DNA from: Eubacteriales bacterium
Lineage (GTDB): Bacteria > Bacillota > Clostridia > Christensenellales > UBA1750
Length of the DNA: 64,000 nt
NCBI GenBank assembly: GCA_031551255.1
Contig: JAVBNW010000066.1
Location: forward strand, 8,955-72,954
Direction of reading: 5' to 3'
The notes under the pieces were generated by a model. It was not told the origin of the DNA. It did no database searches and saw nothing but the letters and a program-made list of their open reading frames with translations. Position 1 is the stretch's first letter; every line of letters begins with the position of its first letter. Both the position numbers and the translations under genes were made by a program. This document shows, in pieces, positions 47,041 to 57,509 of this stretch.

Positions 47041-48006
47041 TTAAGCCCACCACATGCCGCCCGTCTCCTCGAAGCACAGGCACTCCTTGAGCATGGCGAT
47101 GGCCTTGGTAAGCCCCTCGTTCACCGACATCAGAGAATCCTCGTGCTCGATGGAGAGAACGTCGTCATAGCCTACCATGCGCAGGTTGGAAACCATATCC
47201 TTCCAAACCTCGGCGCCGTGGCCGTAGCCTACCGAACGGAATACCCAGCCGCGGTTGATCTCATCGCTGTAGTGCTTGGTATCCAGCACGCCGTTGCGCC
47301 CGGCGTTGATCGGGTCGATGCGGGTATCCTTCGCGTGGAAATAGTAGATCGCATCGGCCAGATAGCGAATCGCGCTGCAAGGATCGATGCCCTGCCAGAA
47401 AAGGTGGCTCGGGTCGAAATTCGCCCCGATGGCCGGGCCGACCGCCGCGCGCAGCTTCATAAGCGTTTCGGGGTTGTATACGCAGAAACTCGGGTGCATT
47501 TCCAGCGCGATGCGGGTGACTCCGTGTTCTTTGGCGAACTTGGCCATTTTGTCCCAATACGGAATCAGCACGTCGTTCCACTGGTATTCGAGAATCTTTT
47601 GATTGTCCTCCGGCCACGGCACGGTTACCCAGTTGGGCATGGCATCGCCGGGAGCCCCGCCAGGGCAGCCGGAAAAGCCCACGATGCGGTCGATGCCCAC
47701 TTCGCCCGCCAGGCGGATGGTGTTTTCAAGGTCCGTCTGAAAGCCCGCGGCAATATCCTTATCGGGGTGAACGTAGTTGCCGTGCACGGAAAACGCGGAG
47801 AGCTTGAGGCCATATTGCTCGTAAGAATCCTTAAAAGCCTTGACTTTGGCCTTGTCTCCCAGCAGTTCGGCGGGCTTGCAGTGCGCGTTGCCCGGGTAAC
47901 CGCCGGTGCCGATTTCAACCTCTTGCACGCCCAGGCCGGATAGGTATTTGCAGACATCGCTCAGGGACTTTTGGCCCAGCAGCACCGTCATAACGCCAAG
48001 TTTCAT
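47041..48006 (-). CDS. Sugar phosphate isomerase/epimerase (IolE/AP-endonuclease-2 fold)
   Basis: EIGTGGYPGNAH, LEMHP, NFDPSH, HAKD, SIEHED. Confidence 0.92.
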   Translation of the reverse strand: MKLGVMTVLLGQKSLSDVCKYLSGLGVQEVEIGTGGYPGNAHCKPAELLGDKAKVKAFKDSYEQYGLKLSAFSVHGNYVHPDKDIAAGFQTDLENTIRLAGEVGIDRIVGFSGCPGGAPGDAMPNWVTVPWPEDNQKILEYQWNDVLIPYWDKMAKFAKEHGVTRIALEMHPSFCVYNPETLMKLRAAVGPAIGANFDPSHLFWQGIDPCSAIRYLADAIYYFHAKDTRIDPINAGRNGVLDTKHYSDEINRGWVFRSVGYGHGAEVWKDMVSNLRMVGYDDVLSIEHEDSLMSVNEGLTKAIAMLKECLCFEETGGMWWA

Positions 48007-48230
48007 GGGAACCCTCCTCTTTTTAACAATCCATTTCCAATAGTATAAACCATCCTCTCGGGAAAGAAAAGGAGGCGCGGTAAAAGCAAGCGTCTGTAGA
48101 AACGCTTTCGCCTGATATTTGGCAATCCTCCCTTTCCTTTCTAAAGCTGGGCATGGTATACTTAGTGCCAGTATAATGATAGATGTGGCGGCTCAAGGAA
48201 AAGCGCGCCGCCCAAAAAGGAGAGGTCGCT

Positions 48231-49271
48231 TTGGACATCTCTGCGTTTTTAGCCGAGGTATGCGCGGCGCCCGGTCTTCCCGGCATGGAAGGGCCTGTCG
48301 CCGTGTGCATCGCCGAAGCTTTCCGGGGTGCCGGTGGAGAGGTTTCTTCCGACGCGCTGGGCAACGTGTTTGCCGTGCTGGGCGATGGCGGCCCAACTGT
48401 GCTTCTGTGCGCGCATATGGACGAGATCGGCCTGATCGCGACGGGGTTTGACGAGCGTGCCGGGGTTACGTTCGGCACGATGGGCGGGGTAGACCCGCGC
48501 ATTTTGCCGGGCATGGAAGTCACCATTCACGGGCGCGAGCCGGTGTACGGCGTCATCGGCGTCAAACCGCCCCATCTGACGGACGGCGCGCAAAAGGCCC
48601 CCAAGATCAAGGAACTGCGCATCGACACGGGGCTTGCGCGCGACGCGCTTGCAAAGCTTGTCGGGGTCGGCGATCCGATCTCCTTCAAGGCCCCCGTAAC
48701 GCGGCTGATGAACGGCCGCATCGCGGGCAAGTCGTTTGACGACCGCGCGTGCGTTGCCGCGCTTTTGTGTGCAATGGAAGAACTAAAAAATACAAATCTC
48801 TCGTGCCGCGCGGTGTTTTGCGCTACGGTGGCCGAAGAAGTCGGCTCGCGCGGGGCTATGACGGCGGGCTACGGGGTGAATCCCGATATGGCGGTTGCGC
48901 TGGATGTTACGCATGGCCCTTGCCCCGGCGCAGAGCGGTTTGAAACGTTCCCGCTCGATTCCGTAACGATGGTGAAAGGCCCCCTTCTTCACCCGGCGAT
49001 GTGTGAAAGGCTCGCAAGCGCCGCGGAAGCCTGCGGCGTAAAGGTAGAGATCGAAACCGCAGCGAGGCTGACCTACACCGATGCCGACATGCTGCAAACC
49101 GCGCGGGAAGGGGTGCCCACGGCGCTCTTGTCCGTGCCGCTTTCCTACATGCACACGACGGTGGAAACCATCAGCGAAAAAACAGTTAGGGAGGCGGGTC
49201 GCCTGCTCGCGCAGTTTATCAAGGGCATCGGCCCGGACTGGGGGGATTGGCTATGCTTCAAAGACTGTTAG
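48231..49271 (+). CDS. M42 family metallopeptidase
   Basis: AHMDEIG, DDR, EEVG, DVT, YMHT. Confidence 0.92.
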   Translation: MDISAFLAEVCAAPGLPGMEGPVAVCIAEAFRGAGGEVSSDALGNVFAVLGDGGPTVLLCAHMDEIGLIATGFDERAGVTFGTMGGVDPRILPGMEVTIHGREPVYGVIGVKPPHLTDGAQKAPKIKELRIDTGLARDALAKLVGVGDPISFKAPVTRLMNGRIAGKSFDDRACVAALLCAMEELKNTNLSCRAVFCATVAEEVGSRGAMTAGYGVNPDMAVALDVTHGPCPGAERFETFPLDSVTMVKGPLLHPAMCERLASAAEACGVKVEIETAARLTYTDADMLQTAREGVPTALLSVPLSYMHTTVETISEKTVREAGRLLAQFIKGIGPDWGDWLCFKDC

Positions 49272-50266
49272 CGGCCAGAGGCCCTTCGGGGAGCGAAGGC
49301 GAGGTGCGCCTGTTGGTAAAGGAGGCGGCAAAGCCGCTCGCCGACGAGATAACCGTCGATGCGCTGGGTAGCGTGCTAGCGAAAAAGAACGGTACAGACG
49401 CATCGGCGCCGCATGTGCTTCTATGCGCGCATATGGACGAAGTCGGGTTCCAGATCCAGGCCGTTACCGAAGACGGGCTGTTGCGCTACGCAATGCTTGG
49501 CGGCATCGACCCTGTCGTGCTCGCATCCAAGCGGGTTGTGGTGGGCAAAAACTCGGTGCCGGGCGTCATTGGCTCCAAGGCGGTTCACCTGCAGGAGCGC
49601 GGCGAGTACGAAAAGCCCTACCGCCATAAGGATCTATACATCGACATCGGCGCCAAGGATAAAAAAGACGCTCTGACGAAGGTATCCGTCGGCGACTTTG
49701 CAACATTTGACGGCGATATCGTAGAGTTTGGCGACGGGTTGATCAAGTCCCGCGCGCTGGACGACCGGGTGGGCTGCTACGCTCTGCTGCGCCTGATGGA
49801 GAAGACCTACCCCTGCGCGGTAACGTACGCCTTCACCGTGCAGGAGGAGGCGGGGCTTCGGGGTGCGACGGCCGTGGGAAACAGGGTTTTACCGGATCTC
49901 GCCATCGCGCTGGAGGGAACGACCGCCGGCGACGTTGGCGACGCCGAATCGTATGAAGAGGTTTGCCGCGTAGGCTCAGGCCCCGCGATCTCGTTTATGG
50001 ATCTAAGCTCCGTATCCCACCGGCCCCTGGTGCGGGCGCTATGCGACGCGGGCTCAAAGGCGGGCATTCCCTGGCAGGTGAAGCGCTATGTCTCCGGCGG
50101 CAACGACGCCGGGGCTATTCAGCGCGCCGGCGAGGGAACGCGCACCGCCGTGGTATCCGTGCCGTGCCGCTATATCCACTCGCCCGCAAGCGTGTGCTCC
50201 AAGGCCGACATCGACAACATGATTGCGCTGCTGGATGCGTTTCTCGCCTCCGGCGCGAAGATTTAG
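49253..50266 (+). CDS. M42 family metallopeptidase
   Basis: AHMDEVG, LDDRVG, QEEAG, YIHS. Confidence 0.92.
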   Translation: MLQRLLAARGPSGSEGEVRLLVKEAAKPLADEITVDALGSVLAKKNGTDASAPHVLLCAHMDEVGFQIQAVTEDGLLRYAMLGGIDPVVLASKRVVVGKNSVPGVIGSKAVHLQERGEYEKPYRHKDLYIDIGAKDKKDALTKVSVGDFATFDGDIVEFGDGLIKSRALDDRVGCYALLRLMEKTYPCAVTYAFTVQEEAGLRGATAVGNRVLPDLAIALEGTTAGDVGDAESYEEVCRVGSGPAISFMDLSSVSHRPLVRALCDAGSKAGIPWQVKRYVSGGNDAGAIQRAGEGTRTAVVSVPCRYIHSPASVCSKADIDNMIALLDAFLASGAKI

Positions 50267-50276
50267 GAGGATTGCC

Positions 50277-51269
50277 ATGAGTGCAAGGGATACGCTTCTT
50301 AAGCTGCTCGCCCCCTCCGCCCCCGCGGGTTTTGAAGGGGCGATCGCCGAGGTGATCGAGAAAGAACTCGCGCCTTACGCCGATTCGATCCGCACCGATG
50401 CGCTGGGCAACCTAATCGTCACAAAAAACGGCCCGGGCAAGCGGCTGATGCTCGCCGCGCACATGGATCAGATCGGTTTTATCGTATCGGATATCGACGA
50501 GAAGGGCTTCCTGCGCGTCGCGCGGCTCGGAGGCATCTTTCTCAAGCATACGGTCGGCCAGCACCTAGTGTTTGAATCTGGCGCGCGCGGCATTCTGTTT
50601 GACGAAGTCGACAGGGACGGCAAGGAATTGCAGTTTAGCCACCTGTTTGTAGATATCGGCGCCTCTTCCCGCGAGGAGGCCGAGAAAAAGGTGAAAATCG
50701 GCGACTGGGCCGTCTACGCGCCCAACGTTACGGAAATGGGCAACCGCGTCGCGTCGCCGTACATGGACAACCGCGCCGGCTGCGCGCTGCTCGTCGAGGC
50801 GTTTAAGCAGCTCAAGAGCCCGCAAAACGAAATTGTGGCGGTGTTTACCGTTCAAGAAGAACTGGGCCTGCGCGGCGCGACTACTGCCGCGTATGCGGTC
50901 GATCCGGACATGGGCATCGCGCTGGATGTGACGCTGACCGGAGACGCCCCCAAGGCCAACCGCATGTCGGTCAAACTAGGCGGGGGCATCGCGATCAAGG
51001 TAATGGATTCTTCGGTGGTTTGCCACCCCGCCGTGCGCAAGCTGATGGAATCCACCGCCCAAACCCACGGCATTCAGTGGCAGCACGAGGTGCTTACCGC
51101 CGGCGGAACCGATTCCGGGGCCATCCACAAATCCCGCGCGGGGGTGCCCTGTGGCGTATTGTCCGTTCCGTGCCGCTATGTGCATTCGCCTGCCGAAACA
51201 ATCGACCTTGGCGATTTGGAGGCGGGGATCCGTCTGCTAGCGGCCATCATGGAAAACCCTATCGGCTAA
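50277..51269 (+). CDS. M42 family metallopeptidase
   Basis: AHMDQIG, DNR, QEELG, DVT, YVHS. Confidence 0.92.
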   Translation: MSARDTLLKLLAPSAPAGFEGAIAEVIEKELAPYADSIRTDALGNLIVTKNGPGKRLMLAAHMDQIGFIVSDIDEKGFLRVARLGGIFLKHTVGQHLVFESGARGILFDEVDRDGKELQFSHLFVDIGASSREEAEKKVKIGDWAVYAPNVTEMGNRVASPYMDNRAGCALLVEAFKQLKSPQNEIVAVFTVQEELGLRGATTAAYAVDPDMGIALDVTLTGDAPKANRMSVKLGGGIAIKVMDSSVVCHPAVRKLMESTAQTHGIQWQHEVLTAGGTDSGAIHKSRAGVPCGVLSVPCRYVHSPAETIDLGDLEAGIRLLAAIMENPIG

Positions 51270-51391
51270 AGCGCATCAACTGCACCGGGAGACATGTCAA
51301 CCAGCATATACTGTGGGCGAGCCGGCAGCAATGCGGCGCATAATGCCGGCTCGCCCACATCCAATAAAAACCATATCGGGAGCATGAAAAC

Positions 51392-52378
51392 GTGAAGAAA
51401 ATCATACCGATTGTATTGCTCGCCGTCGCGGCGGTGATTGGCGTTGCGATTTGGCTTTTGCCCGCGGATCTTCCGCAGCAGGCCCTCGAGCCGCCGGTCG
51501 TGGCTACGCCTACGCCGCGTGCGGCGGAGGCCACCGAGCGACCCACGCCTACCCCCACGCCCGCGCCTACCCCGGAGCCGACGGCGACGCCCGAGCCCAC
51601 CCCAAAGCCCATAGAACTGCCCGCGGCCACGCCGGTGCCCGATCTTCCGATCGCCACCGAACCGGATTTTGACACCTCCGAAACCGGCAGCGCGGTCGTT
51701 TCCATACGCCTTTCTTCCGATAAAAAGATCAAGGTGCAAATCGCAAAGCAAAGCAAAAAGTATACGCACGACCTGCCCGGCGATAACCTGCCCGTACGCT
51801 ATCCTCTCAACATGGGCACGGGGGAATATTCCGCCTCGGTGCTCGAGCGGGTGGGTAGCTCGGGCAGCCAATACAGGCTGCTTGACAAAAAATCGTTCTC
51901 GGCCTCGTGGGACGATCCCAACACGCCGTATTTGCAAAGCGTGCAGCGCATACGTTGGGACAAGAGCATGATGCCCGTCCACGAGGCGCTCACCATCGAG
52001 CAGCGCGAGGGGGATGACGGCAAGCTTCAGGCGATTTACGAATTGCTCGCAGGATCTTTGCAGTACGATTGGGCGGTGCTCAACAAGCTTCCCACCGGCT
52101 ATCTGCCCGACATCGAGAAGACGTACGACACGCGCCTTGGCATCTGCTACGATTTTTCTTCCCTGCTCGCATCGATGATGCGCGCCGCCGGTATCCCCGC
52201 CAAGTTGATGATCGGCAACAGCGATTTGATCGACGGCCGGCACGCATGGAACGAAGTATTGGTAAATGGAGAGTGGATCGTGGTGGATCTGACGGTGGAT
52301 TCGATCTACCGCGAAGACGGCGAAGCCTATACGTTCGAAAAGATTAAGACTCAATATTACCCCGATATGGAATTTTAG
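51392..52378 (+). CDS. Membrane-anchored transglutaminase-like protein with P/T linker
   Basis: GICYDF, HAWNEV, DLT triad; N-terminal hydrophobic anchor. Confidence 0.9.
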   Translation: MKKIIPIVLLAVAAVIGVAIWLLPADLPQQALEPPVVATPTPRAAEATERPTPTPTPAPTPEPTATPEPTPKPIELPAATPVPDLPIATEPDFDTSETGSAVVSIRLSSDKKIKVQIAKQSKKYTHDLPGDNLPVRYPLNMGTGEYSASVLERVGSSGSQYRLLDKKSFSASWDDPNTPYLQSVQRIRWDKSMMPVHEALTIEQREGDDGKLQAIYELLAGSLQYDWAVLNKLPTGYLPDIEKTYDTRLGICYDFSSLLASMMRAAGIPAKLMIGNSDLIDGRHAWNEVLVNGEWIVVDLTVDSIYREDGEAYTFEKIKTQYYPDMEF

Positions 52379-52514
52379 GTAGCCGTTTTCCGGAGTTTTC
52401 CTGTTTTCAATCTTTTTTCAGTCACATAAGTCAACCATCTATTGGCAAAAAAGGTTTCTGTGTGATATGATGTGATTAAGCGGAATACAGATCGATACGA
52501 CTGTTCCTGATAAG

Positions 52515-53519
52515 GTGGTGAACCCCGTGCATCCTAAAAAGATCATGCCCATCGTGATTGCGCTGTTACTTACCTGTGCGATCACGGGTGTCGGAATCGC
52601 CGTCGTGTCGCAGGCCGGAAACGACGCCTTCTTGGGTACAATTCCGGAAATGGAATTGTATGCCACGATCGACGACGAGTCGGTTCCGTTTGGAACCACC
52701 AAAGCGCAGGCGGAACTGATCGGCCCGGTTGCCGGGCAGGATTTGGCGACGACGGCCGTCATCGTATACGACGGGGCGATTTCCGTCCGCTACTACAACG
52801 CCAGTTCCAATACGTTTAAGGTAAAGATATCCGCCAACGGCCGCACGAGCTCGTGCACCTATAAACCCGACAATTCCACGCTGCGCATTCCGCTGATGTA
52901 CGGCGAGGGCGAGTACATGATCATGATCATGGAAATGCTGGGCACTGAGGCCAGAACCGTCGTATCCCAGCGCGTACAGTGCGGGGGCACGGTTACGCAA
53001 GCAAGCGCGGGCACGGCCCAAACCGGAACCTCTTCCGGCAAGTGGACCATCGACACCACCGATCCGTACCTGACGGCGGTTTCCGACATCAACTGGTCCG
53101 ACGACCTCTCGTCGGTTAAGAAGGCCCGCGAACTGTGCGATACCCTGACGGGTGAAAAGGAAAAGGCGAAGGCGGTATACAACTTCCTAGTTGCAAGGCT
53201 CAGCTATGATTACTCCAAAGTCGGCAAGCTGCCGTCCGGCTATACCCCTACCATGGATACCACATATTCCACATCCAAAGGCATCTGCTACGATTTCGCG
53301 TCGCTCTACGCGGGCATGTTGCGCTCGGTGGGCGTCAAGACAAAGATGGTGACCGGGTATAACTCCATGATAGACGGCTATCATGCGTGGAACGACGTAT
53401 ACTACGACGGCGCGTGGCACAGGGTCGATTTAACGATCGACAGCCAGTTGCGCGAAAGCAAGGTCGCCTACGGGTTTGAGTCTCCGCAGGGCACGGTAAC
53501 GGTCTCCAAATCGTACTAA
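52515..53519 (+). CDS. Secreted/anchored transglutaminase-like protein
   Basis: GICYDF, HAWNDV, DLT; paralog of the preceding gene. Confidence 0.9.
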   Translation: MVNPVHPKKIMPIVIALLLTCAITGVGIAVVSQAGNDAFLGTIPEMELYATIDDESVPFGTTKAQAELIGPVAGQDLATTAVIVYDGAISVRYYNASSNTFKVKISANGRTSSCTYKPDNSTLRIPLMYGEGEYMIMIMEMLGTEARTVVSQRVQCGGTVTQASAGTAQTGTSSGKWTIDTTDPYLTAVSDINWSDDLSSVKKARELCDTLTGEKEKAKAVYNFLVARLSYDYSKVGKLPSGYTPTMDTTYSTSKGICYDFASLYAGMLRSVGVKTKMVTGYNSMIDGYHAWNDVYYDGAWHRVDLTIDSQLRESKVAYGFESPQGTVTVSKSY

Positions 53520-53538
53520 AATCAGCATATCGTACAAC

Positions 53539-53589
53539 GCCCTCCCCCTGCCGCCAGCAAATCCGCGCGGCGAGGGGAGGGCCGTTTTT
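53539..53589 (+). terminator. Probable intrinsic terminator
   Basis: GCCCTCCCC..GGGGAGGGC followed by TTTTT. Confidence 0.6.
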
Positions 53590-53823
53590 CAAAAGCGGCA
53601 ACTTTCAACATCGATTTGACGTTTTCCATAAAGTAATGCTTGTATCGGCGCACGCGGCGCGGTATGCTAAGAGTCGCACGGTATCGCATGGATAGGCTCA
53701 TACGTAAAACCGCCCGCCATGAGCGACCTTGTCCGCAAGGCGTTTGCCTACCTACGCACCGAGTCAAAGGAGCGCGAACGCGCATAGAATGCGCATATCA
53801 TAAAGAACGCAGGGAATGATCAG

Positions 53824-54615
53824 ATGCTGCTAAAAGTCGTTTCGTTCAACATGAAGCGCACCGCCACAGCGGTTGCAAAAAACCATTGGATGCGCCGGAT
53901 GGATGCGATCCGTTCGTTTTTTCAGGCCGAATGCCCGGATATCGTCGGCACGCAGGAGATGATCATCTCCTACCTGCGCAAGGCCGAGAGCATGCTGCCG
54001 GAATACGGCTGGGTGGGCGAAGGCCGGGGCGGTGGCGAAGAGGGCGAATTTACCGCGATCTTCTACCGCAAAGACAAGCTGCGCGTGCTTAACTGGGGCA
54101 CGTTCTGGTTGTCTCGCACGCCGTCAATCCCGGGCAGCCGCTCGTGGCTGTCCCTGTTTCCGCGCACCTGCACGTGGGCGATCTTCGAATCGATACAGTG
54201 CGGCGCGCGCGTGTGCATCTACAACACGCATCTCGATTGTTTGAGCATGTTTGCGCGCCTCAACGGCCTTGCGATGATTCGACGGCACATCGAAACCAAC
54301 ATGACTACCTGCCCCGAGGCGGTACTGATGGGCGACTTCAACGCGTCTCCCTACAGCCATACTCTCGCGCTTCTTGACGGAAATGACGGGCCCGCGCTGC
54401 AAAGCAGCTACCGCGTACATGTACAGGATCAAGACGGCCCCGGCCGCACATACCACGGCTTTAGAGGGAAGAAAGACGGGCACCCGATCGACTACATCTT
54501 CGCCTCCGATACGCTGAACGTCTTGAGCAACCATGTCGACCGGCAAACATACCAAAACCGCTATCCGTCCGATCATTACCCCGTGATCACGGTGCTGAGC
54601 ACACAGGGCACCTGA
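53824..54615 (+). CDS. Endonuclease/exonuclease/phosphatase family protein
   Basis: SFN, GTQE, NTHLD, GDFN, IDYIF, SDHYPV. Confidence 0.93.
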   Translation: MLLKVVSFNMKRTATAVAKNHWMRRMDAIRSFFQAECPDIVGTQEMIISYLRKAESMLPEYGWVGEGRGGGEEGEFTAIFYRKDKLRVLNWGTFWLSRTPSIPGSRSWLSLFPRTCTWAIFESIQCGARVCIYNTHLDCLSMFARLNGLAMIRRHIETNMTTCPEAVLMGDFNASPYSHTLALLDGNDGPALQSSYRVHVQDQDGPGRTYHGFRGKKDGHPIDYIFASDTLNVLSNHVDRQTYQNRYPSDHYPVITVLSTQGT

Positions 54616-54741
54616 GCGGAAACTACATAAAAAGAAGAGCCGCCGATGCACATTTCGTTGCATGGCGGCTTTTATAGTCTCCGACCTCCATAAAAGTCGT
54701 TATATCCATAAAACGCGTTCGCATCGGTGCGTTCATATTGT

Positions 54742-55227
54742 TTATTCGGCGTTTACCTTGAAAGAGGCGCGATCCAGCCCCAGGTATTCGGATGCGCCGC
54801 TTGCGAGAAGCCTGGCGAGCGCCGACCTGAACGGCCTTGGGTATAGCTCGATCCCCGCGATTTCTTCCACCGGTACCCACGCAAACCCGACCTGATCGAT
54901 ATCGGCTTCGGTGGGGGCGCGCTTCTCGTCATCTTCAACGCGGCATTCGAAAATATGATAGATTTTGTGCACGTGATCGGGGTAGCGCACCTTCATCGCT
55001 TCATCGTCCCAAATCTCCTCGCACAGGGCCAGAAACCTACCGACGGATACGACGTAGCCGGTCTCTTCCAGGCACTCCCTGCGCACGGCCTCCTGCATCG
55101 TCTCGCCCTGATGCTGGCCTCCGCCGGGCAGATCGTAGTATTCGCCCATCAGAGAATTTTTGTTTTTGTTCAGCAGCACCTTGCCATTCTTTAGAATCAC
55201 GGCCTTTGCAGCGCAGCGGATGCTCAT
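54742..55227 (-). CDS. NUDIX hydrolase
   Basis: LPGGG..GE..EAVRRECLEETG. Confidence 0.93.
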   Translation of the reverse strand: MSIRCAAKAVILKNGKVLLNKNKNSLMGEYYDLPGGGQHQGETMQEAVRRECLEETGYVVSVGRFLALCEEIWDDEAMKVRYPDHVHKIYHIFECRVEDDEKRAPTEADIDQVGFAWVPVEEIAGIELYPRPFRSALARLLASGASEYLGLDRASFKVNAE

Positions 55228-56144
55228 TGCGCGCCCTCCCCTTTTCTATCGAAGCATTGTTCCACCAGCTTAAGCACCGCGCGGCTTGTCTCCGTGCCGT
55301 TCACCAGCATCGCAAACTGCCCGCCGGAACCCAGGTCGCACAGTTGCGCGCCGGGGTACAGCGCGCGCAGGCAATCCTGCTCCTGCGCATAGAGCTTATC
55401 CTCGCCGCTGTACATGATGGAAACTCTGCCCTTCCAGCCCTCCATATCGCCGGGGGCAAACGGGCGCTGCGCGTATAAATCCGGCTGGGCGACGTAATTG
55501 AGGTTGACGTATTGCTTTTTGTACATGTGGTTGCAGTACGTATCCTCGATGAACGCGCGCCAGAAATCCAGCTGGGTCTCCATGCCTTCGGGGCAGTTAG
55601 AGTGAAACGCGTTGTCGGCCATGGCCATGCGGGCCGCGTTGTTAAAATTCATAAAGACCATCCGGGCAGCGTTGGCGCGGCGGGCCTTCCAGCGCTCCAG
55701 CGCGGCGGCGGGCAGATCGCGCGAAGGGGCTCCGGTGAGGCACAGCGCAGCCCCCACCACGCGGCCCGGACTCTTGCGCAGGATGATCTGTGCGATGAGC
55801 CCGCCCAGCGAATAGCCCACCAGCGCAATGTTTCCGATGCCCATCTGGTTAAGCGTAAAGAGGATGCCGTCCGCGGCTTCCTCAAGCGACTTGCACTCGG
55901 GCAGCGAAAAGGCCACGGCCCTGCGTATTCCGCGCAGCTCGAGCATCTGTGGAAACCAAACCTCGCCGTGCGCCATACCGCCCGGCAGGAACACCACGGC
56001 CTCGTCTCCCTCGCCGAGCGACCACGTGCGGTACACCCGCTTGCGATAGACTTCGGAAAATGCCGTCGTGCGCTCGCGAAACGCGTTGAGCATGCCGACC
56101 ATGCGCGGGTTGGCGCCCGCGTAGATGAGGCTGAGTTCGCGCAA
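55224..56144 (-). CDS. Alpha/beta hydrolase
   Basis: FLPGG, GYSLGG nucleophile elbow. Confidence 0.88.
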   Translation of the reverse strand: MRELSLIYAGANPRMVGMLNAFRERTTAFSEVYRKRVYRTWSLGEGDEAVVFLPGGMAHGEVWFPQMLELRGIRRAVAFSLPECKSLEEAADGILFTLNQMGIGNIALVGYSLGGLIAQIILRKSPGRVVGAALCLTGAPSRDLPAAALERWKARRANAARMVFMNFNNAARMAMADNAFHSNCPEGMETQLDFWRAFIEDTYCNHMYKKQYVNLNYVAQPDLYAQRPFAPGDMEGWKGRVSIMYSGEDKLYAQEQDCLRALYPGAQLCDLGSGGQFAMLVNGTETSRAVLKLVEQCFDRKGEGAQ

Positions 56145-56195
56145 GGCAAAGTCACTCCCTTCCCAATCGATGCTAAGGCATCACGGCAGGCTTTC

Positions 56196-56370
56196 TAGGG
56201 CGTGTCCCTAAAGTCACCGGGATGCAGATTGCGGCAGGTTTTTCGGCGGATCAAGGAGTTTCGCCGTTTTTCTTCGGCGGGGAATCGCGCAGGTACGCGT
56301 ACCCGCCCGCGAGGCGCAAAGCGCCGAAAAATGCCGCAAGATGCGCGTAAGAGTTTAGGGACACGCCCTA
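56196..56370. mobile_element. 175-bp MITE-like element with perfect terminal inverted repeats
   Basis: TAGGGCGTGTCCCTAAA / TTTAGGGACACGCCCTA (17 bp including terminal TA); internal stem TTTTTCGGCG/CGCCGAAAAA. Confidence 0.8.
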
Positions 56371-56379
56371 ATCGATCGC

Positions 56380-57345
56380 CTACCGTTCGATCGCGGCGAA
56401 AACCTTCCCCACCGTATCCATCAAATCCCTCGTAAGGCCGTGGGTGAGCAGTTCGTTCTCAAGCCGCCCCGCGCGGATATCCGCCATGGCCGCGTCAAAC
56501 TCAAACTGGAAACCCTCACCCTCAAAGCCGGGTTCGTAGCACTCGGTTTTGCCCTCCACTGTAAGCTCTGCGAATTTCGGAGCCCAGAAATGCGGTAGAC
56601 GGATGAAGCCCTTTTCGCCATACACCACCGCATCCTGAGGCTCATCCACCGAAAGCCCGCAAAACAGCCTGGCGACCGCGCCATCCTGGTATTGAAAGTT
56701 CATCGCGCACAGGTTATCTACGCCGTTGGGCGCAAAATCCGCAAGCGCGGAGATTTTTTGCGGTTGCCCGTCCATCAGGAAGCGCGCTATGGCGATCACG
56801 TAGATGCCCACATCCAATAGCGCGCCGCCGCCCAGTTCCTTGCCAAAGAGGCGGTGGGAGGCATCGAAGGGGCGGTTGAACGAAAACGCGGCTGTCAGCG
56901 AGCGCACACGCCCGATCCTGCCCTCCTTAACCCACTCCATCGCCTTGCGCACGGCGGGGTTGTGGCGCGTCCACATGCCGTCCATAAGATACGCACCCTC
57001 GGCCTTCGCGCAGGCGATGATCTCATTTGTATCCTGAAGATCCATGGCGATCGGCTTTTCGCACAGCACCGGCAGGCCCTTTTTAAGCGCCAGCATCGCG
57101 TATTCCTTGTGCGAAGGGTGCAGGGTTGCGACGTACACCGCCTTCACCGCCGGATCGTCCATGGCCTCCGCCGCCGCCCTGTAGGCCTTTGCCCCATACT
57201 CGTCGGCGAGCTTCTTAGCGTTTTCAAACGTCTTGGAATATACGGCGGCGAGGTAGCCCCCATCCGTCCGCCCCATGTCGCGCATGACCCGCCGGGTGAT
57301 GCCGCCCGAGCCTATGAAGCACCAGCCAAACCGCCTGTCGTCCAT
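56380..57345 (-). CDS. Gfo/Idh/MocA family oxidoreductase
   Basis: IGSGGI, VLCEKP, GGGALLDVGIY; RBS AAGGAG. Confidence 0.93.
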   Translation of the reverse strand: MDDRRFGWCFIGSGGITRRVMRDMGRTDGGYLAAVYSKTFENAKKLADEYGAKAYRAAAEAMDDPAVKAVYVATLHPSHKEYAMLALKKGLPVLCEKPIAMDLQDTNEIIACAKAEGAYLMDGMWTRHNPAVRKAMEWVKEGRIGRVRSLTAAFSFNRPFDASHRLFGKELGGGALLDVGIYVIAIARFLMDGQPQKISALADFAPNGVDNLCAMNFQYQDGAVARLFCGLSVDEPQDAVVYGEKGFIRLPHFWAPKFAELTVEGKTECYEPGFEGEGFQFEFDAAMADIRAGRLENELLTHGLTRDLMDTVGKVFAAIER

Positions 57346-57388
57346 ATATAGCGCTCCTTTATGAAAATATAGATAAAGATTCCTTGTG

Positions 57389-57417
57389 ATTCTACCGCCG
57401 GGCCGCCAAAGTGTCAA
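57389..57417 (-). promoter_or_regulatory. Sigma-A promoter
   Basis: TTGACA-17bp-TAGAAT. Confidence 0.8.
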
Positions 57418-57509
57418 CCAAGGCACCGCTATGCGAGCCTGGAGGAACCGGCGCATCCATGCGAGAAAGCCCTGTTTCCAGGGCTTTCTCCATCGCGCGT
57501 AAAACCAAT

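Noticed and set aside
51500-51640. Low-complexity tandem repeats
   Set aside because: Ordinary P/T linker coding sequence
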